A stretch of 32,000 nucleotides of DNA from Promethearchaeota archaeon (GCA_016933055.1 JAFGBS010000036.1:1-32000), one strand, 5' to 3'; counted from the first letter of the stretch, positions 8,441 to 17,371 are shown. Program-made: numbers and translations. Notes: generated from the letters alone by a model not told the origin.

Positions 8441-11017
8441 ATGGGTCTAGGGGTAAAGATGAGTACGTTAACCAAAATGGGTGTGGAATTATATAATCTG
8501 ATCAGCAACGTATTACGTTCTTATTCAAATGAAATCTCACCTTATGAAGCATTTGTCGATGAAATTGCTCAAAATTTCTTTGATTCTGCTAAAAAATATT
8601 ATAGGTATTGCGTCAAGGAAAATGTAAAACCAATAAATTCATCAATGAAAGTTCTTTTTATCGAAGATTATAATGGAAAACCAGCAATTGTAATTAAACA
8701 AACCGGTACAACAGGTATTATCCATAGAAAAGAATATGTCACATATTCTTTAACTCAAAAGGATAAGGATGAAGACGCTGCAGGAAGTCAAGGAGTTGGC
8801 TGGAAAATATGGTTTATGATATGCGATGAAGTGCATACAGAGACTATAGTCGATGGGAGATATTATCAAACTCTCCAAAGGGTAGAAAATAGAGATATAA
8901 AGGTCGCCCATAATGACGATAATTGGAGTACATATTTTGAACATTTTCAAGACACATTAATAAGTGAAAATGGAGAAACTTCAATAAAGTTCTTGAATGT
9001 GAACAATTCACACGGTTTTAACGAAGATGAATCAACAACATATTTTCAAGAATTATGGAAATGTTGTGAAAAAGTAATTCAGGAAAGATATTATTGGGCT
9101 CTGAAAAAATATCCTACATTTAGTGTTGATTTGATTTATACAAATTCAAAAAAAACTCAACCATCTCAGAAAGTCACTATCTCCCTTAATGAATACCCTC
9201 CTTTATATCCAGGATTAAATGATTCCGATTGCAGAACCTCAAATAAATTCATTCGTAACAAGACCAAAAATTACGGTGTGGTCAAAGATATCTTTGTTGG
9301 ATTTACAAATGAAATTCATTCAAAAATAAATGATGGAGTAGCAATTATTGTCAGAGATAGGGTAGTTGAATGGTATAATCCTAGGTCACAATGGGTTGGA
9401 ACGCCTGGTGCTAATGGAAAATTAATTGGTCATGTTTGTTGTGATTTTCTATATAAAAAAGACAATATGACTCATGATAAATTAAATGATATTTTTCCCG
9501 AAGTAAAACTGACTAGGCATTTCATAAGAACGTTGATACAGAAACTATACGTAAAAATAAATGAACTTCATGTTGTTGATGTGCCTAAAGTTTCACACGG
9601 AAATACAATTTTAACAACAATAAACAACGCAATTGCTGAATTTATTGATAGTGAGGATTTGTTTTCAGAAGCAAAATCAGATATTGACTATGAACCTTTG
9701 GGAGAAGAACCATTTAATAAAACTCCTAAACCTGAGAAATTCATTTATATCAAAGGAATTTTATTAACTGAAAAAATTGAAGATGGAATTCCCCAAAAAA
9801 TGAATGATACTGATCCATTAACTCCGAGTAATGAATATAGCGCGTTAGTGGAAATTTTAAACACAAAAGATGAATGTGAAGCTATTGTCAATTACTCTTC
9901 ATTTCCAAAATATTTTGAAATTAAAAGAGCGATAAAAATATCCCCAGGAACCACTAAGGACATTTTTAAATTCCAGATACCCGAAGATGCAATGAGAGGA
10001 GCATTTCATTTAAAAAGTATTGTTAGATCTCAAGATGAAAAACTATTGGAAAAAAGGATCATTTCAAGAGAAATCCTACCTATAATTTCAAAGGTAGAAT
10101 TATCTGAAAGAAATTTTGAGAGAGGGAATGAATATCAAATTTCCTATAAGGTTTGTAGATCCTCTTTGAGGGGAAACAGAGAATTCTCGTGCAAAATATA
10201 TGACAATGAAAATTTTGAAATTCATGAAGAAGGACCTATAACTTTAAAACGGGCTGAAACAGATAAAATTGAATCTTTTTATTTTAAAATTCCCCCTCAA
10301 GCACTAAGAGGGAGATATACTTTTGAGTATCAGGTAAAAAATGGACCAAATATCATACAAAAAGGAAGAGAATACTTCTTTGTGGAGTTATTCATCAATA
10401 GAATAAAATCATCAAAACGAATTGTAAAGTACAATGAAAAATTTGATATTACCGTCGATCTTGAAAATAAAAGACAGATCCCTGTAGAAGATGCAGAATT
10501 AACAATAAGAATTGAAAATTCTAATCATTTTGAAATGAAAAAAGAATTTACAAACATTTCTATTCAGAAAAATTCAGACTTCGCAATAAAACTTGGAGAT
10601 TTAGAATTTGATGAAGATTGTGATACAGGAAAATATAGTGTTATTGTTGAATTCAAGCTAGAAGATGATTTTGCTCCAGAAGTGAAAACAACAAAAATTT
10701 TCCTCGAAACAGAAACTAGTACCAAAGATTCGAAGGGAGCTCTTAGTCATTTTGATTATAATAAGAGCATTAAAGGATATGAGGATAAAAATCTGGCAGT
10801 TTCTGTTGAAGGCACAATAATGATCAATACTTTTCATTATTTATTTAGGCGAATTGAAACTCCTACTGGGATTGATCTCAATCTATTCAAACAATGCATC
10901 ATTCAAGCATTATGGTTTGCGTTTCGAGATCAGATAACAAAGGATAATAGATTTGAAGAAATGTGGGAATTTGAGAAATATATACTAGAGGATAAAAAAT
11001 TGGGGGAGATTTTATGA
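8441..11017 (+). CDS. GHKL (MORC/Hsp90-like) ATPase with three Ig-like repeats (start possibly 8459)
   Basis: N-box DEIAQNFFDS, G1-like KQTGTTGI, G2 GSQGVGWK. Repeats FQIPEDAMRGAF, FKIPPQALRGRY and FDEDCDTGKY. C-terminal IMINTFHYLF resembles MORC tails. Confidence 0.7.
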   Translation: MGLGVKMSTLTKMGVELYNLISNVLRSYSNEISPYEAFVDEIAQNFFDSAKKYYRYCVKENVKPINSSMKVLFIEDYNGKPAIVIKQTGTTGIIHRKEYVTYSLTQKDKDEDAAGSQGVGWKIWFMICDEVHTETIVDGRYYQTLQRVENRDIKVAHNDDNWSTYFEHFQDTLISENGETSIKFLNVNNSHGFNEDESTTYFQELWKCCEKVIQERYYWALKKYPTFSVDLIYTNSKKTQPSQKVTISLNEYPPLYPGLNDSDCRTSNKFIRNKTKNYGVVKDIFVGFTNEIHSKINDGVAIIVRDRVVEWYNPRSQWVGTPGANGKLIGHVCCDFLYKKDNMTHDKLNDIFPEVKLTRHFIRTLIQKLYVKINELHVVDVPKVSHGNTILTTINNAIAEFIDSEDLFSEAKSDIDYEPLGEEPFNKTPKPEKFIYIKGILLTEKIEDGIPQKMNDTDPLTPSNEYSALVEILNTKDECEAIVNYSSFPKYFEIKRAIKISPGTTKDIFKFQIPEDAMRGAFHLKSIVRSQDEKLLEKRIISREILPIISKVELSERNFERGNEYQISYKVCRSSLRGNREFSCKIYDNENFEIHEEGPITLKRAETDKIESFYFKIPPQALRGRYTFEYQVKNGPNIIQKGREYFFVELFINRIKSSKRIVKYNEKFDITVDLENKRQIPVEDAELTIRIENSNHFEMKKEFTNISIQKNSDFAIKLGDLEFDEDCDTGKYSVIVEFKLEDDFAPEVKTTKIFLETETSTKDSKGALSHFDYNKSIKGYEDKNLAVSVEGTIMINTFHYLFRRIETPTGIDLNLFKQCIIQALWFAFRDQITKDNRFEEMWEFEKYILEDKKLGEIL

Positions 11018-12672
11018 CAGAGAAATTATTAGACACCGATAAAGGAAAACAAGATTATATAGATCCTATTGTAGGTGAAGATCCACTACTAAATACAGAA
11101 AAATCAGGTAGAGTATCTCAGATAGCTCAAAAGTTGCACCAAGCTTTGAATTTCAATGATAATGAATGGATTCAACTTGCGTTAGACTTACTCGTTGGGA
11201 AGATGATTATGGATTATAAATATCTAGTTATGGTAAAATATTCAGAGTATATAGGATTAGGAAAACAGAATATTTTTCTGGTTCATGATATCGGGACACT
11301 TGTTAATGATTTTGTGTCAAAACGAGAAATAGATTTAGAAAATAAAGAGTTTCGAAAGAGCTCAGGATTTACATTTAATCGAGGAAGTGTGATAAATCAT
11401 CTAACCTCTCTAATAGATTTTTCGTCCAAAAATGAAAAAAAATACAATTTCAATCAAACATATCTTCGAAATTTTTCAACTATTGCATATGAGTTTGACA
11501 AAAATGAATTGGATCCTGAAATCCCTGTATACATATATAAAGAATTAGTAGAACGAGTTCCAGTAGATATGTTTGAAACCCCTAATCAAAGAAAAAGGTT
11601 TCAAAATAATATATTAGAATTGCGTAGAGAAGAAACTTTCACAGACAGACACTTGAGGATTATAATAAATTTAGTAAGGGAAGATCCTATAAATAGAGCA
11701 AAAATTGAGTACATACGTCGAATTTTGCCTGATGTAAAAGAAATTAAAACTTCTATGAGTTTTCCTGATGCTTTAAATTATGTCAAATCTATTGAAAAAT
11801 CTGGTAAGCAGAAAAAAGAACAAGTACTTCCCAGTTTGGAACAGAATGGAGTGCTTCGTTTACCACAAGCTAATGATGTTTCAAAATTCATCAAAATTGT
11901 CCAAGATGTTTCTCATGGAATAACAAAACCAGAACAATTAGCCGATAATATAGAAATTTCTGAACGCCAGATACATTATTATAAGGATGCAGCTCAAATT
12001 CTAAATTTATTAACAGAGAATGGGAGAAATTATACATTCACACTCACCTCTATTGGTCAAAAACTTGCTGAGACTAAAGACGAAAACGAACAGAATGAAA
12101 TTTTATATCACCAAATAATGAAAACCGAAGTTATTAAGCACATTTTCTTAATGTTAAAAGAAAGTCAAGAAGATTATATCCTCGTTGAAGAATACTTGAA
12201 TGATTTAAAGCATAGGAGTGCTCTATCTGATTCTACGATCGCAAGAAGAACAGCAGCTATAATAAGCTGGATTAGATGGATTGAAAGTTACAATGAATTA
12301 TTACGGATTGTCGAAGAAAAAATAATAGTTAAGAACGAATTCTCTTGGAATTGCGTTAAAAAACAAATTCTTGAAATTATCAATAAATATCGAACAATCA
12401 ATACACTAGCTAATGGAAAACCAAATATTATCGAAGTATTTGATGATACAGGATTAATGGTAAAGACTGATCACGACTCAGAAGCAAAAAAAGTTTCATT
12501 TAACACAATTAAAGATGTATGGTTCAATTTAGTAGAATATGGAGAATTAGAACTGGATAATCATGAGCTGACCTCTTATAGAAGTTCGTTTGTTTGCTCT
12601 TTATTGTCTCAATTACCAATTGTCAATGTTTTAAAAGAGGGAAAAATCTCGATAAAATTGGTTGGGATTTAA
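11014..12672 (+). CDS. Multidomain protein: unassigned N-terminus, DUF7226-like winged-helix region, C-terminal 'SYRSSF' domain
   Basis: LPQAND...RQIHYYKDAAQILNLL...LTSIG...SDSTIARRTAAIISWIRWI resembles wHTH domains of restriction-associated proteins. ATGA overlap with the GHKL gene and a GGGGAG SD. Confidence 0.6.
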   Translation: MTEKLLDTDKGKQDYIDPIVGEDPLLNTEKSGRVSQIAQKLHQALNFNDNEWIQLALDLLVGKMIMDYKYLVMVKYSEYIGLGKQNIFLVHDIGTLVNDFVSKREIDLENKEFRKSSGFTFNRGSVINHLTSLIDFSSKNEKKYNFNQTYLRNFSTIAYEFDKNELDPEIPVYIYKELVERVPVDMFETPNQRKRFQNNILELRREETFTDRHLRIIINLVREDPINRAKIEYIRRILPDVKEIKTSMSFPDALNYVKSIEKSGKQKKEQVLPSLEQNGVLRLPQANDVSKFIKIVQDVSHGITKPEQLADNIEISERQIHYYKDAAQILNLLTENGRNYTFTLTSIGQKLAETKDENEQNEILYHQIMKTEVIKHIFLMLKESQEDYILVEEYLNDLKHRSALSDSTIARRTAAIISWIRWIESYNELLRIVEEKIIVKNEFSWNCVKKQILEIINKYRTINTLANGKPNIIEVFDDTGLMVKTDHDSEAKKVSFNTIKDVWFNLVEYGELELDNHELTSYRSSFVCSLLSQLPIVNVLKEGKISIKLVGI

Positions 12673-13364
12673 TGAATTCACATGATGCTATTGCTCGGAA
12701 ATTTGAGAATTATTTCCAAAACGCACGTATGACTTCAAGCTATAAACCTGTGATGTTATTGTCAATTTTGTATCATATTAAACAAAGAAAATCCACGTAT
12801 CTTCCTTCTGCGAATATTTATTTTATTTCATTGAATGATATCGCACTATTTTTTCTGAAATTCTATTTTTATACGCTTAAGTATTATGATCTTAACCATT
12901 TGACCAATAAAAATAACAAAATTGGGATTTACAGAATAATTGAGAAATATTTCCGTGATTTCAATACATTCCCAGAGTACTTAAATCATAAAATTATCAC
13001 AAAAACAATCAACCAATTATTTCGAAATGTTATCTTCTTGCTACTGAATGATATATATTTATATGATTTTTACGATGAGCAATTTCAAGAATTTCGATTA
13101 CCTCACGAGTTTATTGGTAAAGATGATTTTCGAGTTGTTATCAAAAATAAAAAAATTCGAGTCGAAGAAATTAAGTACTTAGGAATTAAAGAATCAGCAT
13201 ACCTTTATCTTAGTTTAAATTATACGAATCTTAAAAAGAAGATAAACCTAAATTTGATTCAATTTCTAAAAAAAGTAAATTACTCTTTTGATTCCTTTGA
13301 TGAAATAGATAGATTTTATGATAATTTATCAAATTTGAAAAATATGATGTCAGATTCTAATTAG
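12672..13364 (+). CDS. Paralog of the N-terminal domain of HNH 3477..4565, lacking the HNH domain (truncated or repurposed)
   Basis: TSSYKPVMLLSIL...FISLNDIALFFLKFY...KNNKIGIYRII aligns with 3477..4565. The true start is the ATG at 12672 (TAATG overlap), not 12594. No CxxC/HNH motif. Confidence 0.8.
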   Translation: MNSHDAIARKFENYFQNARMTSSYKPVMLLSILYHIKQRKSTYLPSANIYFISLNDIALFFLKFYFYTLKYYDLNHLTNKNNKIGIYRIIEKYFRDFNTFPEYLNHKIITKTINQLFRNVIFLLLNDIYLYDFYDEQFQEFRLPHEFIGKDDFRVVIKNKKIRVEEIKYLGIKESAYLYLSLNYTNLKKKINLNLIQFLKKVNYSFDSFDEIDRFYDNLSNLKNMMSDSN

Positions 13365-13422
13365 CTCAGAAATTCTATTTCTAAAGATATGGTAATTTGT
13401 CGTCTTGGACTCTCTGGAAAGA

Positions 13423-13551
13423 ATGGAAACTACCGAAAAAGTATTTTTTCAAATTAGGATTAATTCGGTAGAATTTGCTAAAAATATGAATATAATCTTG
13501 GAACAGCACTATCGAAATTTTTTATTGTATTTTAAATCAGTAAAAATGTAA
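13423..13551 (+). pseudogene. Detached C-terminal tail of the HNH paralog
   Basis: Translates to VFFQIRINSVEFAKNMNIILEQHYRNFLLYFK, versus VFFQDRLDSLEFAQNMNKILEQHYRNCLLNFK in 3477..4565. It is in a different frame from 12672..13364. Confidence 0.85.
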
Positions 13552-13606
13552 AATGCAAAGTCCAAAGTGTAAACAATAGGAATTGCTATTGGTCCACATC
13601 TTTAAT

Positions 13607-13779
13607 GTGATAACATATTTTTGATTCCATTTTTGGTTCTGTGGATACGAGCCTTTATCCGTGCCACCTACCCGCACGAACCGTTTAACACTATATTGTT
13701 ACCTATTCGGACTATACTGTTACCTCTTTAACATGTGTCAAGTGAGGAAAAATGATTTATATCACACGACAGATATTGA
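13607..13779. repeat. Copy 2 of the ~180-bp non-coding direct repeat
   Basis: See copy 1. Contains ACTATATTGTTACCT (13690) and ACTATACTGTTACCT (13711) at 21-bp period. Confidence 0.85.
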
Positions 13780-14582
13780 TAAATAGTGTTTAACCAAATT
13801 TCTATTTTTATTTTTTGTGTGTAATGATTATGGCATCACAAACAAAAACTGCTAAAAACGGTAATTAAGTATGGTGAATTATTCGGTGCTCCCCGTCTTT
13901 TGGATATTACCCACAATGCTCACTTCGTAATGTCGATGGGGGTAGTATTATTTAAGAGATTTTTTGATTTAGTGGAAAACATCGTAGATGCGGGTTTCCC
14001 GTAATTATACCACCCTTTACAATTGATCCATATCCCATTGATTATAAGAATGTGAAATCGAACAATCAACAAAAAATTGTTGAAAGATCTTGTATAAGAA
14101 ACAAGATTACCTTGAGAAGATATATAAAAAATGGGATTTCAAGGGAAGAATGGATATTCCTGTGTATGTTATCTATCTGAAGTAGGAAATATCCCAAAAA
14201 GGGGAGATTTTCTCGTATGGTCCGATTCCACTGCGATAGTTTATATACATGGAAGATATGACTCGTTTTGGTAAAATATTTAGTTTTTCATATTTTCCCT
14301 AACTTAACTTTTGATTTTTTCAGGTACTGAGTGGTTAATAGGTACTCTATTAAATAAATGATTTATTTTGCTTGCCAGCCTATCTCTTTGATCTTTTCCT
14401 TAGATTTTGCGATTCTTCTTAAATTTTTGATCCCATATTGGATAAGCTCATTTACCTAGGCAGTCATTAAAAGTCACACACTCTTCTACTAATTTGTACT
14501 AAGTTGTTGAAAAAGTACATTTCATAATAAACTTAACAAATGAATAGTAATCCTGAGATGCAGAATAATTCCATATCCGGAT

Positions 14583-15617
14583 ATGAACCCAATGAAAAGT
14601 GTAAAAAATAGTTCCAAGCTCCAACGAATGCAAGATTTAATTAAATTGACTCCAAAACTCATTCAGCATTTCGATGAAATCATGGAAATTCTTATCGAAC
14701 AGAATACTGTGTTCGAAAAAACGATTCATCAGGAAATTCTCGGAGGATTTCAATCAGTATTCAATGAAATGTTGAACCATCTCGAATATTGGGCAGAATT
14801 GACTCAACTAATCATGTTTTTATCCAACACATTTAAAATTCTTCAAAAAACCCTCATTTATTTCGATTATTTACGCTATATTGAAAAGGAATTCAATGAT
14901 CCAAGTTTCAAAATACTCAAAGAGTACACCAGCAATAAAATAAGCGAATTTGATGTCGCTTCTGTTGAAAAACAGATGAAACAGAGCTTAGATTTTCTCC
15001 AACATCAAAGTGACTTGGACTTATTTGCACAAGTAAAGAGTGATCCAAACTATCTTGAATATATCAGAGGCAGGGAGCTCTTTTATCTAAAGGATATCTG
15101 CTTCAATTTTTGTCACGCATATGAAAGTCTAGTGGTAATTTTGACGTTTTTTCTAGTCTTGATTCGGTTTCTGCTAAAGGAACCGTCGAATTTAATAGAA
15201 AATGCGTTAAAAACTCATAAAAAAATTCCGGTTTGGCAATTATATGAAGAAAATGGGCAATATCCCTCGGCAGATGTCTTATTAAAGGATGGTCTCAACC
15301 GAATATTTGCTACTCCGCCCTCAGCTCTTATGAATTTTTTGGAAGAGATATTCGGACCGCATGGGTATCGGGAAATTCGGAATCGAATAGTGCATAATAT
15401 GGAAGAAGAAGGATTTTGTGAAATTCTAAAAGAATCAAAACTAAAAATTACATTTCCTGATCACATATCGCAGGTTTTTTCCATAGACGATCTCAAACGA
15501 CTCTATGCGAGATTGTTTTCTATTACAGTTGAAGTGTTTGTAATGAATGAACGCGGAATTTTCGTTGGAGTGTTTAAGAAAATCCAAGACATTTTGCGAA
15601 AAAATAAGGTAGACTAA
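14583..15617 (+). CDS. Putative HEPN-domain protein
   Basis: Helical protein with C-terminal REIRNRIVHN (Rx4H, RNxxxH type, nt 15378-15395) and an upstream conserved-looking YESL helix. Confidence 0.55.
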   Translation: MNPMKSVKNSSKLQRMQDLIKLTPKLIQHFDEIMEILIEQNTVFEKTIHQEILGGFQSVFNEMLNHLEYWAELTQLIMFLSNTFKILQKTLIYFDYLRYIEKEFNDPSFKILKEYTSNKISEFDVASVEKQMKQSLDFLQHQSDLDLFAQVKSDPNYLEYIRGRELFYLKDICFNFCHAYESLVVILTFFLVLIRFLLKEPSNLIENALKTHKKIPVWQLYEENGQYPSADVLLKDGLNRIFATPPSALMNFLEEIFGPHGYREIRNRIVHNMEEEGFCEILKESKLKITFPDHISQVFSIDDLKRLYARLFSITVEVFVMNERGIFVGVFKKIQDILRKNKVD

Positions 15618-15679
15618 TAACAATTCCAAATTTTCCATCAAAAAAAATATCATAAAGTAGTTCTATATATTAGATGTAA

Positions 15680-16591
15680 ATGAACTTCAATCCCCAATTA
15701 CACTTGACAGAAATTAAGGAACATTACCTTAATGATTTAAAAACTGCATATTTAGCTTCACGCCAAGCAACCTATGATAATTACGATAATTCTCAGTTTT
15801 ATAACGAATTGATGAAAGAATGCATTTTAAATCCCTCAATTCACGAAATTGTTCGAACTTATTTGTCAAAGTTTCAGATTCCTGGTGTGCAGATTATTTT
15901 TGGTTCTGATCCTAAAAAACGAATGGAGGAGAATTTGAAAAAAATAGAACCAGATGAAATGATGAGTCAAGAGGACTTAGAGAGGGATGCAGAACAAATT
16001 GATCAAGTAATTGAAGATTATAAAAAAGAAGAAATATCTTGTGTAGTCATGAATTATCTCATAGGGGCTGTAGAAGTAGGAGTACACGAACGTGAAATGA
16101 AGTATTATTATGCTCCCACAGAGATTCGAGTTTCTGAAAGGTTGTTTGTATACTGGGCTTCTAGGCATTTTTATAAAATGCTACACCCATTGAACGATCA
16201 CTATCTGAAAATGGCAGTTGTCTATCAATTCTCGTTTTTTGAAGCGTGTTTGAAAGACATGTTGCAACTAGTTGTTGATCATACTGATCACATGGACTTT
16301 CTACGATGGGGGGGAGAAATGAACCTTTTACATCGTATATTCCTTCGAATGAATATCAATTTAGAAGATTTTCCCAAATGGGAGTTACTTAAGAAATTAT
16401 ACACTAAACGAGTAGTTTTTATTCATTGTTCAGGAATTTTGGATAAGAACACAGTTAATAATTTGGATTTGGATGAAAAATTGATTGGAGAGCCTTTAAA
16501 AGTAGATTTATATGATTTAATGACTCAGCATGAAACATTGAAAGAATTTTTACAATGGATTCCAGAACGAATTATCCCCTTATTCAATTAA
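15680..16591 (+). CDS. Putative HEPN-like protein (degenerate motif)
   Basis: FSFFEACLKD helix followed by KRVVFIHCSGILD (Rx4H; resembles RNxxxHxxGxVD). Confidence 0.45.
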   Translation: MNFNPQLHLTEIKEHYLNDLKTAYLASRQATYDNYDNSQFYNELMKECILNPSIHEIVRTYLSKFQIPGVQIIFGSDPKKRMEENLKKIEPDEMMSQEDLERDAEQIDQVIEDYKKEEISCVVMNYLIGAVEVGVHEREMKYYYAPTEIRVSERLFVYWASRHFYKMLHPLNDHYLKMAVVYQFSFFEACLKDMLQLVVDHTDHMDFLRWGGEMNLLHRIFLRMNINLEDFPKWELLKKLYTKRVVFIHCSGILDKNTVNNLDLDEKLIGEPLKVDLYDLMTQHETLKEFLQWIPERIIPLFN

Positions 16592-16617
16592 TTAGAGAAA
16601 CTGGAGAGTATGGTATT

Positions 16618-16860
16618 ATGTCAAAGAGAATAAAAAATATAAAAGAAAGGATAGAAAATGCACTACCTTATTTTGGGGAAATTTTTGAGAATCCCTTTGA
16701 TCTGAATGTCGATGAACTCGCAAAAAATCCTCATAAAATCGAGGATCATGGTAAAACACTTTTTTTGACCAAGAACTTCGTAACTAAATGTCTTAAATTG
16801 TTCAAATCCCATAACTCAGAATCCTCAATTTGCCGTCGATTTGTCAATATCAGATGTTGA
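16618..16860 (+). CDS. Hypothetical protein, possibly truncated
   Basis: ORF with a GGAGAG SD; ATG at 16618 is more plausible than the track start at 16555. No motif recognised. Confidence 0.35.
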   Translation: MSKRIKNIKERIENALPYFGEIFENPFDLNVDELAKNPHKIEDHGKTLFLTKNFVTKCLKLFKSHNSESSICRRFVNIRC

Positions 16861-17054
16861 ATTTTACTTTTTATGCATGAAATCTTGATCTGTAGAACTT
16901 ATTGAAAAAATTTTTGTCCTTTAAGCATCATGAGCTTAATCGATTTTATCCATAAATGAGTTATTAAGACAATTAAGTTCTCAATAGTTAAATGTGCTAG
17001 TCGGTTGATCAAGGTCAATTAAGCACCGATATGTAAATATTGAGGGAAAAAAAC

Positions 17055-17261
17055 ATGGATGAGGATAAATCACTGGAAGAACGTGAAAGAGAGCTACGAG
17101 AACGTGAATTGGAGTTAAAAAAGCGAGAACTTAAACTTAGGGAAAAGCAGAATACTGTTTTAGAGAAATCTACGAATATGTCAACGTGCATATGGGTAAT
17201 TGTTGGAATTTCCACGGTGATTTCCATAATATGGATGCTGATTAGCTGGATTCAATGGTGA
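17055..17261 (+). CDS. Small coiled-coil protein with a single C-terminal transmembrane helix
   Basis: ERERELRERELELKKRELKLREK followed by ~25 hydrophobic residues. GAGGG SD before the ATG at 17055. Confidence 0.6.
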   Translation: MDEDKSLEERERELRERELELKKRELKLREKQNTVLEKSTNMSTCIWVIVGISTVISIIWMLISWIQW

Positions 17262-17371
17262 TATCCATTAAAATAAAATAGGACAGTTATACTGGACACT
17301 GAAGAATTTGAGTAATCGACATGCGCAGAACAATATAAATACCACATAAGTGGATCTTTAATAGGAGAAAA

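Noticed and set aside
12594-12671. Track start of the HNH paralog at 12594
   Set aside because: It overlaps the upstream gene by 79 nt. Homology to 3477..4565 and the TAATG coupling point to 12672.
13780-14460. Fragments that read like coding sequence (e.g. KKQDYLEKIYKKWDFKGRMDIPVYVIYLK*)
   Set aside because: They are interrupted by stops and no family is recognisable. This is probable pseudogene debris that cannot be named.
16618-16860. Possible paralogy of this ORF to the N-terminus of 14583..15617
   Set aside because: Only a weak F.EI.E match, which is not convincing by eye.
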